DNA of 64,000 nucleotides from Bacteroidales bacterium (GTDB taxonomy: Bacteria > Bacteroidota > Bacteroidia > Bacteroidales > JAADGE01), in assembly GCA_021108035.1 (NCBI GenBank), contig JAIORQ010000097.1, positions 7,692 through 71,691 of the forward strand, written 5' to 3'. Within the stretch, counting starts at the first letter, position 1. Each line of letters opens with the position of its first letter. Positions 16,822-27,376 of the stretch are shown piece after piece. The notes below the pieces were generated by a model. That model was given only the letters and a program-made list of their open reading frames with translations, was not told where the DNA came from and did no database searches. The position numbers and the translations under genes are program-made.

Positions 16822-18564
16822 TTATCTGTTAATTATTATCTTTTTAACGGATATTTTATCATCAGAAATGATCTTCAGAAAATATATACCGTTCTTTAAA
16901 CCGGAAATGTTAATTTCAGATGCATTAAAAGTATTTATTAACTTTCCGTTTATTGATATAATTTGAACTTCAGGCAATCCGGTTGAATTAATATAAATTA
17001 TATCGGATGCAGGATTCGGAAAAACAATTAAATCATTTTCATTAATTTCATCTACAGAAACAGGTGAACATCTCCATTCTGCATTCCAGCCTTGATATTC
17101 AGTTGCTCCGTCAGAATAAAACTGAATTGTAATTGCCCCTCCACTCGCAACAATAATTCCCGGACTTGTTGTTCCTGAATATCCACCGATTTTTGGAGCA
17201 TTTATATCTCCACCATCGTAAATCCATAAAGAATCAAAATCCGATTCTAATGAAAAGGATGTAAAATTTAAAGCAAGATAATCAGTATAACTGTCAGGAG
17301 CAATTGTGAATGTATAATCTTCATCACTATAGTGAGACCGAGTGGGACCTCCCATATCATAAAATTCATAGTAGCACGGGGTTTCTGCACAATCTGAAAA
17401 TGTATTTTTAATAAGATCCCACATTTCAGTATATCCGTCATCATAACCTAAAGCCCAAATACCGATTCCGGCAATTCCTTGTTGTTGAACCACATCGTAT
17501 TTATACTTCATTGTAAGTTCATCATCAACCCATGCTTGGTGTGGGTTTCCGTTATTATAATTATAATATGCACTCATGCTGTTTGCATCTGTCTGTTTAT
17601 CAGAATAATACCCGTTTGAATTATTTTTTATTGTTTTAATTGTTCTGGCAACACCACTGCCGGTAGTATTTGCCGGTACATTATCGGAATCTGTTTCCCA
17701 TTCCCAACCATAGTAAGGTAATCCGCAAACCAACTTCTCACGCGGCACACCTTCATGTATATAGTATGCAATTGATCGAGCAATTGTATAATTGAAATTA
17801 TTCATTCTATATAATTGCCCTGTCGGTCCGGCAATATCACTCCCTTTATAATAATAATCATATCCCATAATTATAAAAAGATCAGTATAATCTTTTAATA
17901 TTTGAATATCAAATATATCGCTCCATTCTACAGCATATAATGCAATACTTAATTGTGAACCGGGAATTGCCGCATGCAACTGATTTGATAATTCCGTAAT
18001 AAAATAAGTAAAGTCATTCTTATTATTACTTGACAAGCCTTCAAAATCAATATTTACACCGTTTGCATTTCTAAATTGAACTAATGTCAGCAAACTGTCA
18101 ATTAGATTTTGCTGTGCTGTACTGTTAGCAAAAAAAGCTTCATGATCAGCAAACAAAGTTACACATAAATTAACTCGCACACCGTTTGCTTGGGCTTCAT
18201 CAATAACAGCAGCAGTTTTCCAGCCATTAGATGTTTCAGGATATCCGGTAATATAATCAACTTCATAAGAAAAATATGATAAATCAGAGAGCAAATTCCA
18301 TTGGTAATTATCTTCTAAACCGTTTGACCAATACGGATGCCATCCGAAAACGATACTTTCAAGATTACAATCTTTTGATTTTATCTTTGAAGGTATATTT
18401 TCCGCAGTTGAAAAATCTTTAAATTCATTCGGAAAATTTATTGCCAATGAGTCAAAATATTCTTTTTGATATTTATGAGCAGAATACATGTTATATTCTT
18501 GTCCGAATAAAGAAGTCGACAAAAATAAAATTGTTATAGTAACTAATTTAAATTTATTTTTCAT
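16822..18564 (-). CDS. Secreted GH18-like glycoside hydrolase with CUB-like domain and T9SS CTD
   Basis: GH18 catalytic-region pattern GVNIDFEGL. CUB-like segment (LWIYDGGDINAPKIGGYSG...QGWNAEWRC). T9SS CTD (VFPNPASDIIYI...GIYFLKII). The start overlaps the ppx stop by 1 nt (TGATG). Confidence 0.75.
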   Translation of the reverse strand: MKNKFKLVTITILFLSTSLFGQEYNMYSAHKYQKEYFDSLAINFPNEFKDFSTAENIPSKIKSKDCNLESIVFGWHPYWSNGLEDNYQWNLLSDLSYFSYEVDYITGYPETSNGWKTAAVIDEAQANGVRVNLCVTLFADHEAFFANSTAQQNLIDSLLTLVQFRNANGVNIDFEGLSSNNKNDFTYFITELSNQLHAAIPGSQLSIALYAVEWSDIFDIQILKDYTDLFIIMGYDYYYKGSDIAGPTGQLYRMNNFNYTIARSIAYYIHEGVPREKLVCGLPYYGWEWETDSDNVPANTTGSGVARTIKTIKNNSNGYYSDKQTDANSMSAYYNYNNGNPHQAWVDDELTMKYKYDVVQQQGIAGIGIWALGYDDGYTEMWDLIKNTFSDCAETPCYYEFYDMGGPTRSHYSDEDYTFTIAPDSYTDYLALNFTSFSLESDFDSLWIYDGGDINAPKIGGYSGTTSPGIIVASGGAITIQFYSDGATEYQGWNAEWRCSPVSVDEINENDLIVFPNPASDIIYINSTGLPEVQIISINGKLINTFNASEINISGLKNGIYFLKIISDDKISVKKIIINR

Positions 18565-19475
18565 CAGAATTTTAGTTTTTTTAAACCGTAATCTTTTAAA
18601 AATAATGAGCGAATAATACCGTCGGCTAATCCTGTTTTCGGAACTATAATATGTTCACACCCGGACAATTTAAGAATTCGCATATATAGTCTTAATGCAA
18701 TAACAATTACATCTGCCCTGTCTTCCTTTAGGCTGAATTTCATAATTCGGTCAATATACGATATTTCATTCAGTTGATCATATAATTTATTCATATCATT
18801 AAAAGTAACATTCTTTTTCCCGATCATTTTACTTATTTTATTAATATTACCTCCTGATCCCATCATTTCAATTCCGGGATATTTATGTCTTAATTCAACA
18901 ACTTTATTTTCAAGAGCATCAATTTCAGACTGTTTAACAGTTTTTGTAAGAAAACGTAATGTTCCTGTTTTAAAAGCATTAGCCCAAATTAATTTTTTAT
19001 ATTGAAAAAGTGCAAGTTGTAAACTTCCTCCTCCTAAATCTGCTGAAATATAAAATTTTTTCTTTTTCAGATTTTCTCTGTTAGTAAGATATAATAAATT
19101 AGCTTCTTCATGTCCGTCAATAACATCAATATTAATTCCGGTAATTAATTTTATTTTTTTCAATACATCTTTTTGATTACTTGCACCTCTTACAGCAGAT
19201 GTAGTACAAGCTTTGAATTCTGTAACATTATAATAGTTTAAAATATCTTTAAAAATATCCATAGCTTTTATAAACTCAAATAATTTTTCTTCACCAATAT
19301 ATCCTCCGGAGAAAACATCATTTCCTATTCTTAAAGGTAAGCGTATATAAACTCTCTTCTTAAGAATGTATTTATTATTTTCAGCCGGGTGGAGATCTTT
19401 AATAATTAATCTGGCAGCATTAGATCCTATATCTATACCGGCATATTTTTTTATAAACATATTATAATTGCTCAA
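18564..19475 (-). CDS. Ppx/GppA-family phosphatase (exopolyphosphatase-like)
   Basis: ASKHA-fold N-terminus AGIDIGSNAARLII. The DLGGGS motif appears as ADLGGGSLQL. 303 aa. Confidence 0.8.
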   Translation of the reverse strand: MSNYNMFIKKYAGIDIGSNAARLIIKDLHPAENNKYILKKRVYIRLPLRIGNDVFSGGYIGEEKLFEFIKAMDIFKDILNYYNVTEFKACTTSAVRGASNQKDVLKKIKLITGINIDVIDGHEEANLLYLTNRENLKKKKFYISADLGGGSLQLALFQYKKLIWANAFKTGTLRFLTKTVKQSEIDALENKVVELRHKYPGIEMMGSGGNINKISKMIGKKNVTFNDMNKLYDQLNEISYIDRIMKFSLKEDRADVIVIALRLYMRILKLSGCEHIIVPKTGLADGIIRSLFLKDYGLKKLKF

Positions 19476-19589
19476 TTCAGGTGCTAAAGTAGTAAGGAAG
19501 AGAAGAATTACAAAATTAAATTTTGACTAATTTTTACATCAGCTTACTGTTAAATTAAAGAATTTATGTAATTTTGCATTCCGATTAAA

Positions 19590-19663
19590 GGACCCGTAGC
19601 ATAATTGGATAATGCACTTGACTACGAATCAAGCGATTACAGGTTCGAATCCTGTCGGGTTCA
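19590..19663 (+). tRNA. tRNA-Arg (anticodon ACG)
   Basis: Hand-folded cloverleaf. Acceptor GGACCCG/CGGGTTC. Anticodon stem CTTGA/TCAAG with loop CTACGAA. T-arm ACAGG-TTCGAAT-CCTGT. 74 nt, no encoded CCA. Confidence 0.9.
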
Positions 19664-19674
19664 CATTGATTATT

Positions 19675-19710
19675 AAAGCCTTACAGAAATGTGGGGCTTT
19701 TTTGTTTTTT
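19675..19710 (+). terminator. Rho-independent terminator after tRNA-Arg
   Basis: 10-bp stem AAAGCCTTAC/GTGGGGCTTT with two G-U pairs and a 6-nt loop, followed by TTTGTTTTTT. Confidence 0.7.
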
Positions 19711-19859
19711 GCATTTGCATACTTTTTTATATTTATAATTGTCTTCTTCATATTTTTTTTTTACTTTCCGTAACAAAATTACCATACTTTTTTCGTTAAA
19801 TTTAATATTCATACCTTTGTCATATTCACACATAATTAAATTTAAAGATATGTAATATT

Positions 19860-21029
19860 ATGAAAAGAATATTAACAACTTTTATAATAATTCAATTTAT
19901 GAGTTATAATCTTTACTCACAATCTTTGGATGATCTTTCATTCGGAACTGATGATACTTTTGAAGTTATTACATGGAATATTGAATGGTTTCCGAAGAAC
20001 GGCCAAACTACAATTAACTATGTCTCTCAAATAATTCAAAATCTGGATGCTGATATTTTAGCAATTCAAGAAGTTGATGATACAATACAATTCAGACAAA
20101 TGATTGATAATTTGAACGGATTTGACACTTATTTTGAATCGAGTTGGTTTGCAGGACTTGCATATGTTTATAAGACTAACAGTATTATAATTAATGACAT
20201 ATATGAAATCTATACAAGTTCACAGTATTGGAGTCCTTTTCCAAGGTCTCCTATGGTAATGGAATTGAGCTTTAATGAACAGGATTACATAGTAATAAAT
20301 AACCATTATAAATGCTGCGGTGACGGTTATCTGGATCTGAATAATGAAGATGATGAAGAAACAAGAAGATATATTGCAAGCACTTTACTGAAAGAATACA
20401 TTGACACTTACTTCCCGAATGAAAAAGTCCTTGTTGTCGGTGATCTTAACGATGTGCTGACAGATAATACTTCAAATAATGTTTTTCAGATGTTCATAGA
20501 TGATCCTGATAATTATGAATTTGCAGACATGGGAATAGCAGAAGGAACAAGTTCCGATTGGTCATATCCAAGCTGGCCTTCACATTTGGACCATATATTA
20601 ATTACAAATGAACTGTTCAATGAACTTGAACAAAATGAATCTGATATTATGACCATTAGAATTGACGACTATCTTTCCGGAGGATGGACAACATATGATA
20701 ACAATATTTCTGATCACAGACCGGTAGGAATTAAGTTGGTTCCCGAAAACAGTTCTGCAATAGTTTCAAATACAAACTATGAAACTGAGTTAACAATTTT
20801 TCCTAATCCTTTAAAATTTCAAGCAAATATATTCATAAGCGGTGTTTCTGATAATTCATGTATTGACATTTATGATATAAACGGTAAAATAGTTGAATCT
20901 ATAGAAATACTTGAAGGTCAGAGATCAATTTTTTGGGATGCAAGCGGATTATCTGAAGGTATATATTTCGCAAAACTTGTTTCTGCTAAAGTAGTATTGT
21001 CAACTAAAAAACTGGTATTAATTCACTAA
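19860..21029 (+). CDS. Secreted endonuclease/exonuclease/phosphatase (EEP) family protein with T9SS CTD
   Basis: EEP motifs WNIEWFP, LAIQEV and SDHRPV. CTD: IFPNPLKF...GIYFAKLVS. Confidence 0.8.
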   Translation: MKRILTTFIIIQFMSYNLYSQSLDDLSFGTDDTFEVITWNIEWFPKNGQTTINYVSQIIQNLDADILAIQEVDDTIQFRQMIDNLNGFDTYFESSWFAGLAYVYKTNSIIINDIYEIYTSSQYWSPFPRSPMVMELSFNEQDYIVINNHYKCCGDGYLDLNNEDDEETRRYIASTLLKEYIDTYFPNEKVLVVGDLNDVLTDNTSNNVFQMFIDDPDNYEFADMGIAEGTSSDWSYPSWPSHLDHILITNELFNELEQNESDIMTIRIDDYLSGGWTTYDNNISDHRPVGIKLVPENSSAIVSNTNYETELTIFPNPLKFQANIFISGVSDNSCIDIYDINGKIVESIEILEGQRSIFWDASGLSEGIYFAKLVSAKVVLSTKKLVLIH

Positions 21030-21103
21030 CATACGAACAATTTTACTATAAAATGAAAATCATTGCTTTAGATTTATTAAGGCAGCAAAATTATCAGCAT
21101 TTT

Positions 21104-21226
21104 TTATGAAAATAAAGAATGACCTAAAGGAATATATTTTGAATTATTGCTTAACCATTCATCAATTTTATTCCTTTCAAACATCAACCGTTTTCCTCTT
21201 TTTATGAATAAAATCAGTATGACTGT
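21104..21226 (-). pseudogene. 3' fragment of an excisionase/HTH_17-type DNA-binding gene
   Basis: My translation of the open frame is TVILILFIKRGKRLMFERNKIDEWLSNNSKYIPLGHSLFS*. It matches the conserved C-terminal ...P-x-x-K-x-G-K-R-x-x-F-x-R-x-E-I-D-E-W-L of mobile-element HTH/Xis proteins. There is no start codon and no N-terminal helix. Confidence 0.5.
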
Positions 21227-21261
21227 TTAACCTAATTTTCTCTGTCATTTATTCTATATTT

Positions 21262-21975
21262 TTAATACCTCCACTCCACATGGCTAAAAGGAAGTCGATT
21301 TAATTCTTCTCTGTGGAATCTCCATTTGGGCATAAATTTGTCCATGTATTTTATGAATGTATCGTTATGAGTTCGTTCTAACAAGTGTACTAATTCGTGA
21401 ACGATTATGTATTCCAAACATTCAACAGGTTTTCTTGCAAGTTCAAGGTTTAGCCAAATTCTTTTTGCTTCGATATTACAAGAACCCCATTTTGTTCGCA
21501 TTTTTTTTATTCCGAAATCATTGGTTTTAACTCCGATTACTTTTTCCCACTTTTTAATCATTTCCGGAATTATCTTTTTTAATTCTGCCCGATACCAATC
21601 ATCTAAAACCTGTTTTTTCTTTTCGGTGTTTGTGTTAGGGCGAATATACAATTCAATTTCTTTGTGTTTTAATACAACTTTCGGACTTGAATCTTGCTCT
21701 ATAATTTTCATCAGATAGCTTTCTCCTCTGAAATAGTGAGTTTCTCTTGTGAGATATTCCCTCGGAGTTTCTCGGTTTTGATTTCTTAAGTGTTCTTGTT
21801 GCTTTTTTATCCAACTTAATTTTGAAATTGCAAACACTCGTATTGTATCTAAATCCATTCTGTGAGGTGCAGAAATTTTAACCTTTCCCACAGGCGGATA
21901 AACACTCAAATGAATATTTTTAATATCCTTTTGCTCTACATCAATTATTATTTTTCCTAATTCAATAGTCTGCAT
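21262..21975 (-). CDS. DUF45/YgjP-like (M48-type) zinc metallopeptidase, R-M associated
   Basis: HELVHLLERTHN zinc motif. Overlaps the hsdR stop by 1 nt. This is the usual companion gene of type I hsdR. Confidence 0.8.
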   Translation of the reverse strand: MQTIELGKIIIDVEQKDIKNIHLSVYPPVGKVKISAPHRMDLDTIRVFAISKLSWIKKQQEHLRNQNRETPREYLTRETHYFRGESYLMKIIEQDSSPKVVLKHKEIELYIRPNTNTEKKKQVLDDWYRAELKKIIPEMIKKWEKVIGVKTNDFGIKKMRTKWGSCNIEAKRIWLNLELARKPVECLEYIIVHELVHLLERTHNDTFIKYMDKFMPKWRFHREELNRLPFSHVEWRY

Positions 21976-24900
21976 TAGTATTCCTTTTGCTCACGAATAA
22001 TTTTAAAAATTCGCTCTGTTTCTTCTATATCATTCAATATTTTATAGACAGCTGATTTAATTTCTTGTTCTTTGGGTTTATTTCCTCTCCAACCGTCTCT
22101 TTTTGAAACTTTAACAGCTGCATCAATTTGTATTGCAAGATTTGTATCTTTATTTAAGTTATTATACAGAGCTTTTTGTGCAAAATTTTTGATGATACTC
22201 GGAGTATCATCTGTTTGTCCTTTATTTACTGACTTAACAATCTCTTCTATTTTTTTAAGATATTCTTCATAGCTTACTGCATTTGCTTTTCGTTCTTTAA
22301 TAACTTCCCCCAGTAGTTTTGACATATTCTCAAAGAAAGCCGGGTCAATAAGATGTTCTTTAATAATTTTTCTTCTTACATTATTCTCAATAGTTTCTGC
22401 AACTGCACTTTTATTTGATTTAATTCCGGGTGTCAATCCTTCAATAAAATTATTAATTCCGGTTTTTTCTATTATTTCTAATAAAGATACATCATCAAAA
22501 TGAGATATTTTTTGCGTTTCTTCGGCTTTAATATATGTATCAATTAAATGACGCATATCTGCTTCATAAGTTTTTAAATTTGTTGTTTCTCCGCTTGCAT
22601 TCCGAATTTCTGCTCTTAAATTCAAATAGAAATCAATATCCTTTTTAATATTTCCGATTTCATGCGGACTGTAAATTTCTTCAATTTCATCAGCTATATT
22701 AGCATAGGCACGAATTAAGGAAACAGTTTTTTTATACAATGCTGTTCTTTGTGTTTCTCTCGCTTTTAATTCTTCCGGAATTTCCGTATTTCCGCAGAAA
22801 TAACGAATATATGCCAATGTATCTTTCGGCGGTTCTACCTTCTCACAAAGCAAAGATATTTCTTCAAGTGCATTATCAAGTCTTGCTTTTCCGGCTTCTA
22901 AACGGTCTTTCAGTAATATATCAATATCTTGTTTCTCAAAATTATCATAATCTAAATCCGAAGTATAAACTGCAATTGCATTTTCTACACTTGAAAATAA
23001 ATCCATATAATCTACGATGTAACCGTATTCTTTATCATCTCCGTCAAGGCGGTTTACTCGACAAATTGCCTGAAACAAACCGTGATCTTGCATTTTTTTA
23101 TCAATGTATAGATAGGTACAACTCGGGGCATCAAAACCTGTAAGAAGTTTGGCAACTACAATCAACAATTTCATATTTGCCGGTTCTTTTGTAAACTTTT
23201 GCTTTGCCCAATCTTCGTATGTTTCTGATTTAGATTTACCGGGATGTGCTTTTACATCTTTTAAAATATCTTCATATAAATTATAGATAAATTCTTTTTG
23301 AGTTTCAGTATTTGCTCCTGTATCCTCCTTTGTAATATCTTTACTTGCCGGGTTATAAGATGTTACTATTGCACATCGGTTTTTAAATTCCGTATTTTGA
23401 AATCTGTCATAAAAAACAGATGCTTCATAAATTGATTTTGCTATCAAAATTGCATTCCCTTTTTCAGAACTTATTCTTGGTTTTGTGCCGAAATCAAAAA
23501 TAATATCACTAATAATCCTATCTATACGAGAACGACTGCTTAATACCTTTTGCATAGTCCCCCACTTCTTTTTAAGTACGGATTTTTGATAATCATTTAA
23601 GCCTTTGGTTTTAGCATCAAACCATTGGTCTATTTTAAAGTCTGACCTTAATTTTTGGTCAATATCTCTTGCTTCATACAGTAAGTCCAAAATTACATCG
23701 TCTTCAACTCCTTCATTAAATTTATAGGTATGAATATATTTTCCGAAAACTTCTAAACTGGTTTGTTTGTCTTGTTTTAATAAAGGTGTTCCCGTGAAAC
23801 CGATAAAAACAGCATTGGGAAGCATCGCTTTCATTGTTTGGTGTAATTTACCGCTTTGAGTTCTGTGGCACTCATCTACAAAAATAAAAAGGTCACCGAC
23901 TGCTTTTGACGGCTGACTTTTTAACTCACTTATAAATTTGCTGAAATTTGTAACATCTCTTTTTCCGAATTTGTGAACCAAAGAACAAATTAACCTTGGA
24001 GTTGTTTGCTCCAATTTTCGCATTAAATCTCTTCCGCTGTTTGTTCGATATATTTTTTCATCGGCATCTTTAAATACGCCTTCAATTTGTTTATCTAACT
24101 CATCACGGTCGGTTATTACGGCAACTCTTGCATTGGGATTATTCTCTAAAATCCATTTTGCAAGCATTACCATTACAATACTTTTTCCGCTGCCTTGTGT
24201 ATGCCAAATAATACCGCCCTCGTAACGATTAACATATTTTTGAGCTTCTTTTAAACCAAAATATTGATGTACTCTCGGAAGTTTCTTTACTCCTGCATCA
24301 AAAAGAACAAAATCAAAAATAATTTCAAGAAAACGTTCTTTATCACACATTTTCAAAATATATTTATCCGATAACAAACGACTTGTATCTTCAACATTTT
24401 CTTTCCATTTTAAAAAATACTTTTCGGGTGTTTTTATTGTACCATAACGCACACCTTCGGAATCATTTGCTGCAAAAATATATTGTATGGCGGCAAAAAA
24501 CGGCTGAATATAATCTTCTCTTTGGTTTGTAATACTTTGGCGAATACCTTCTCCTATGTCATTAATGCTTCTTTTTAATTCCAAAACAGCAAGTGCAATT
24601 CCGTTTACATATAAAACAATATCGGGTCTTTTTGTGTTTTCGCCTTTAATGGTAACTTCTTCTGCAATTGCAAAATCATTATCTTTAAAGTTTTTCCAAT
24701 CAATAAGATGAACAGTTTCGGTGTTTTTGCCTGCTTCGGGTTTTACTTTTACGCCGTAACGCAACAATTGATATACATTTTTATTTGTTGTGTAAAGATT
24801 GTCATTAAAGTTTATTGCCGTAGTTTTAAAATCGTAAATTGCTTTATTGATAAGCTGTTGTGAATATCCTTTTCTTTGGAGAAATGCCGACAATAATTCT

Positions 24901-25025
24901 TCCTCAATATTGCTGTTATTTTCTCTGTCTTGCCAATCACCAAGATATTTGTAGCCTAACTCATCTTGAAATAACTTTACAATTCGATTTTGGGTTTTGC
25001 GTTCTACTTGACCGGGTTTGTCCAT
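21975..25025 (-). CDS. hsdR: Type I restriction endonuclease subunit R
   Basis: 1016 aa. N-terminal nuclease region. Helicase motif I is HTQGSGKS and motif II is VDECHRTQ. The C-terminal helical domain is typical of HsdR. Confidence 0.9.
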   Translation of the reverse strand: MDKPGQVERKTQNRIVKLFQDELGYKYLGDWQDRENNSNIEEELLSAFLQRKGYSQQLINKAIYDFKTTAINFNDNLYTTNKNVYQLLRYGVKVKPEAGKNTETVHLIDWKNFKDNDFAIAEEVTIKGENTKRPDIVLYVNGIALAVLELKRSINDIGEGIRQSITNQREDYIQPFFAAIQYIFAANDSEGVRYGTIKTPEKYFLKWKENVEDTSRLLSDKYILKMCDKERFLEIIFDFVLFDAGVKKLPRVHQYFGLKEAQKYVNRYEGGIIWHTQGSGKSIVMVMLAKWILENNPNARVAVITDRDELDKQIEGVFKDADEKIYRTNSGRDLMRKLEQTTPRLICSLVHKFGKRDVTNFSKFISELKSQPSKAVGDLFIFVDECHRTQSGKLHQTMKAMLPNAVFIGFTGTPLLKQDKQTSLEVFGKYIHTYKFNEGVEDDVILDLLYEARDIDQKLRSDFKIDQWFDAKTKGLNDYQKSVLKKKWGTMQKVLSSRSRIDRIISDIIFDFGTKPRISSEKGNAILIAKSIYEASVFYDRFQNTEFKNRCAIVTSYNPASKDITKEDTGANTETQKEFIYNLYEDILKDVKAHPGKSKSETYEDWAKQKFTKEPANMKLLIVVAKLLTGFDAPSCTYLYIDKKMQDHGLFQAICRVNRLDGDDKEYGYIVDYMDLFSSVENAIAVYTSDLDYDNFEKQDIDILLKDRLEAGKARLDNALEEISLLCEKVEPPKDTLAYIRYFCGNTEIPEELKARETQRTALYKKTVSLIRAYANIADEIEEIYSPHEIGNIKKDIDFYLNLRAEIRNASGETTNLKTYEADMRHLIDTYIKAEETQKISHFDDVSLLEIIEKTGINNFIEGLTPGIKSNKSAVAETIENNVRRKIIKEHLIDPAFFENMSKLLGEVIKERKANAVSYEEYLKKIEEIVKSVNKGQTDDTPSIIKNFAQKALYNNLNKDTNLAIQIDAAVKVSKRDGWRGNKPKEQEIKSAVYKILNDIEETERIFKIIREQKEY

Positions 25026-25115
25026 TTGGATTTATTCTTTTGAGTTTCCTTTTAATTGTTCTTTTAAGTTTCTTTCTTTACATGAGCGGTATATATCTAT
25101 TGTTCCCGTTTTTAA

Positions 25116-26129
25116 TTATTGTTTCGGAAACAGTTTTTTTATTTCCTTATCAAAATCACTTTCAAATAAACTGTCTTGAATTATTCTGTATTTTTCAAAT
25201 TCTGTTTCTGCTTTTTCTTTTGCTATTTGGGCTGATATTTTTCCTGCATCTTGTAGTATTGCTCTGTCGTCATATTCTAAAAATAAGTCAAGTCTTTTTG
25301 CCCAATCTTGCATAGTCATAGGAATTTTACGCTTTGCACGTCCTTCGGCTAAATCCAAATAGGCATTAACAATACGTCCGAGAGCTTCAATTTCGTCTTT
25401 TATAAGATAGTTTTTAGCAATTGATACATCTGTTTTTATTATTTTACCGTCGGGGGAGTTTTTCCAAGATGTTAATCCCATTTTTTCTTTTGTGCTGTCA
25501 GCTCTTTTATGAATCAGTCCGGCTGCTGTGTGTCCGTGTATGCCGAAATGGAGTTTGTTTTGCACTTTTGCAAAAAACTCCTTTGTGGTAACAGCATCTT
25601 TATTGTAATCTAAACTTGTAGCATAAATATCGGTTACTTTTTGATAAAATTTACGTTCACTTAATCTAATTTCTCTTATTTCGGAAAGTAATTCTTCAAA
25701 GTAATTTTCGTTTAAAAAAGTTCCGTTTTCAAGTCGTTTTTTATCAATTACAAAGCCTTTAATTGCAAAATTACTCAAAACCTTTGTTGCCCATTGCCTG
25801 AATTGTGTTGCACGCAACGAATTTACACGATAACCTACCGAAATAATTGCATCAAGATTATAAAAATTTGTATTATAATTTTTGCCGTCATCGGCAGTTA
25901 TTCGAAATTTTCGAATAACTGAATTATCATCAGCTTCACCACTTTTAAAAATTTCTTTAAGATGATAATTTACTGTATTAGTGCCTACCTCAAAAAGTTC
26001 TCCCATAAGTTTTTGAGTGAGCCAAATTGTTTCATCTTCGTAGCGGGCTTCTATACTGTTTTTCCCGTCTTGCGAAGTAAATATTAAAAACTCTGCCGTG
26101 CTGTTTCTTATTTGTTTATTTTTTTTCAT
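25116..26129 (-). CDS. rhuM: RhuM-family protein
   Basis: N-terminus NSTAEFLIFTSQDGKNSIEARYEDETIWLTQKLMGELF and ISVGYRVNS...ATQFRQWAT are typical of RhuM. Overlaps the hsdS stop by 4 nt. Confidence 0.8.
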   Translation of the reverse strand: MKKNKQIRNSTAEFLIFTSQDGKNSIEARYEDETIWLTQKLMGELFEVGTNTVNYHLKEIFKSGEADDNSVIRKFRITADDGKNYNTNFYNLDAIISVGYRVNSLRATQFRQWATKVLSNFAIKGFVIDKKRLENGTFLNENYFEELLSEIREIRLSERKFYQKVTDIYATSLDYNKDAVTTKEFFAKVQNKLHFGIHGHTAAGLIHKRADSTKEKMGLTSWKNSPDGKIIKTDVSIAKNYLIKDEIEALGRIVNAYLDLAEGRAKRKIPMTMQDWAKRLDLFLEYDDRAILQDAGKISAQIAKEKAETEFEKYRIIQDSLFESDFDKEIKKLFPKQ

Positions 26130-27376
26130 AGCAAACGTATTTTCCCCGTTAATAACACCTGCATCATTCCCTGTTTTATTTGCCGGTATTTTGTTGTTTT
26201 CTTTTCTAATGCTTCTATTTCTAAATCCATATCGGAAAGGATTTGAGCGATAAGGGTTTGTTCGTTTAATGTAGGTAAGGGGATTTTCAATTGAGCATAT
26301 TCATTTCCATTAATTCCTGGTTGTCCACTTCTCATTGACATTATTTTCACCCAATTCCAATATTTTGTAGATTGTGTAAAATACTTTAAATATTTTGAAT
26401 TTAATTTTTTAGGATTTGGGCTTACTTTAATAAGGAAACCTGCATAAACTAACAATCCATCATTTTTATTGTATAGATAGGTTTTGCCAACACTTGCACC
26501 AGTTCTTGCAAAAACAATTTCGTTTTCTTTTAAATAGAAATCATTACTATTAGTTGCATCAACAGATGCTTTATTTTCATAAATAAAATTTCCATCTTCA
26601 GAAATATCTGTAATTCTTAAATATGTTGGTAAATTTAAATTGTATGACACAGCAGCGGCATTTATTCCGTAAGTTGGTCTATCAAACAAACAATTACCCA
26701 AAGTCCTAAGCTCCCAACCCTCTTTCGGAGTAAGCAATTTTTGCATTGCTCCTTGTTTTATTTTGCGTTTTTTGGCAATTAGTTTTTCAAGGGCTTGTAT
26801 TAATTTATCGGTATCGGACAGGACTTGGGCTATGGCTTTTTGTTCTGGGAGTGGTGGGAGGGGGATTTGGATATTTGCTAATTGTGAAGCACTAATATGA
26901 ACAACAGCATCTCCTTGTCCTTTGCTCGCCTTTTGTTTTTGAACAGTTTTATCATTTAATAAAAATCCTAAAAAAAGTGAATTTACTTTATTTGGTGATA
27001 ATATTACAATATCTCCACCAGCATATGCTTCTACATCTTTTGTATATGCAATACTTTTTCCAATCTCTGATTTTGTTTCACCTGAACCAGCAAACAATAT
27101 ATCTCCAATTTTAAGTTTTTTTGAAGTTAGAGCCACTTCATCTGATATGTAAGAATAAAATTCTTTGATATAATCGTAATGTTTTGTGTATATTTCTCCA
27201 TATCTGACACAAGGTATATAACCACTATTTGATTGGTCTTTTCTTATTCCTTGCCCTTTTGTAAAATTCCCAATACTTCCTAAATTTTTCACCTCCCAAT
27301 CCTCCGGAATAATTCCGATTTCAGTTTGTTTATATCCCTTTAATAAGTTTAGGGTATCAGTTTTTTTTACTTCCAT
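26126..27376 (-). CDS. hsdS: Type I R-M specificity subunit S (two target-recognition domains)
   Basis: Two TRDs are separated by conserved helices: LPPLPEQKAIAQVLSDTDKLIQALEKLIAKKRKIKQGAMQKLLT and LPTLNEQTLIAQILSDMDLEIEALEKK...KQGMMQVLLTGKIRL. Confidence 0.9.
   Translation of the reverse strand: MEVKKTDTLNLLKGYKQTEIGIIPEDWEVKNLGSIGNFTKGQGIRKDQSNSGYIPCVRYGEIYTKHYDYIKEFYSYISDEVALTSKKLKIGDILFAGSGETKSEIGKSIAYTKDVEAYAGGDIVILSPNKVNSLFLGFLLNDKTVQKQKASKGQGDAVVHISASQLANIQIPLPPLPEQKAIAQVLSDTDKLIQALEKLIAKKRKIKQGAMQKLLTPKEGWELRTLGNCLFDRPTYGINAAAVSYNLNLPTYLRITDISEDGNFIYENKASVDATNSNDFYLKENEIVFARTGASVGKTYLYNKNDGLLVYAGFLIKVSPNPKKLNSKYLKYFTQSTKYWNWVKIMSMRSGQPGINGNEYAQLKIPLPTLNEQTLIAQILSDMDLEIEALEKKTTKYRQIKQGMMQVLLTGKIRLL

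Noticed and set aside
22739-25315. Plus-strand ORFs of 134 and 151 aa inside or antisense to hsdR. Similar antisense ORFs occur within hsdM, abiE, lanB, the giant adhesin and mfd.
   Set aside because: They lie entirely antisense to strongly supported genes, and their Leu/Phe/Ser-rich low-complexity composition is typical of shadow ORFs in AT-rich DNA.
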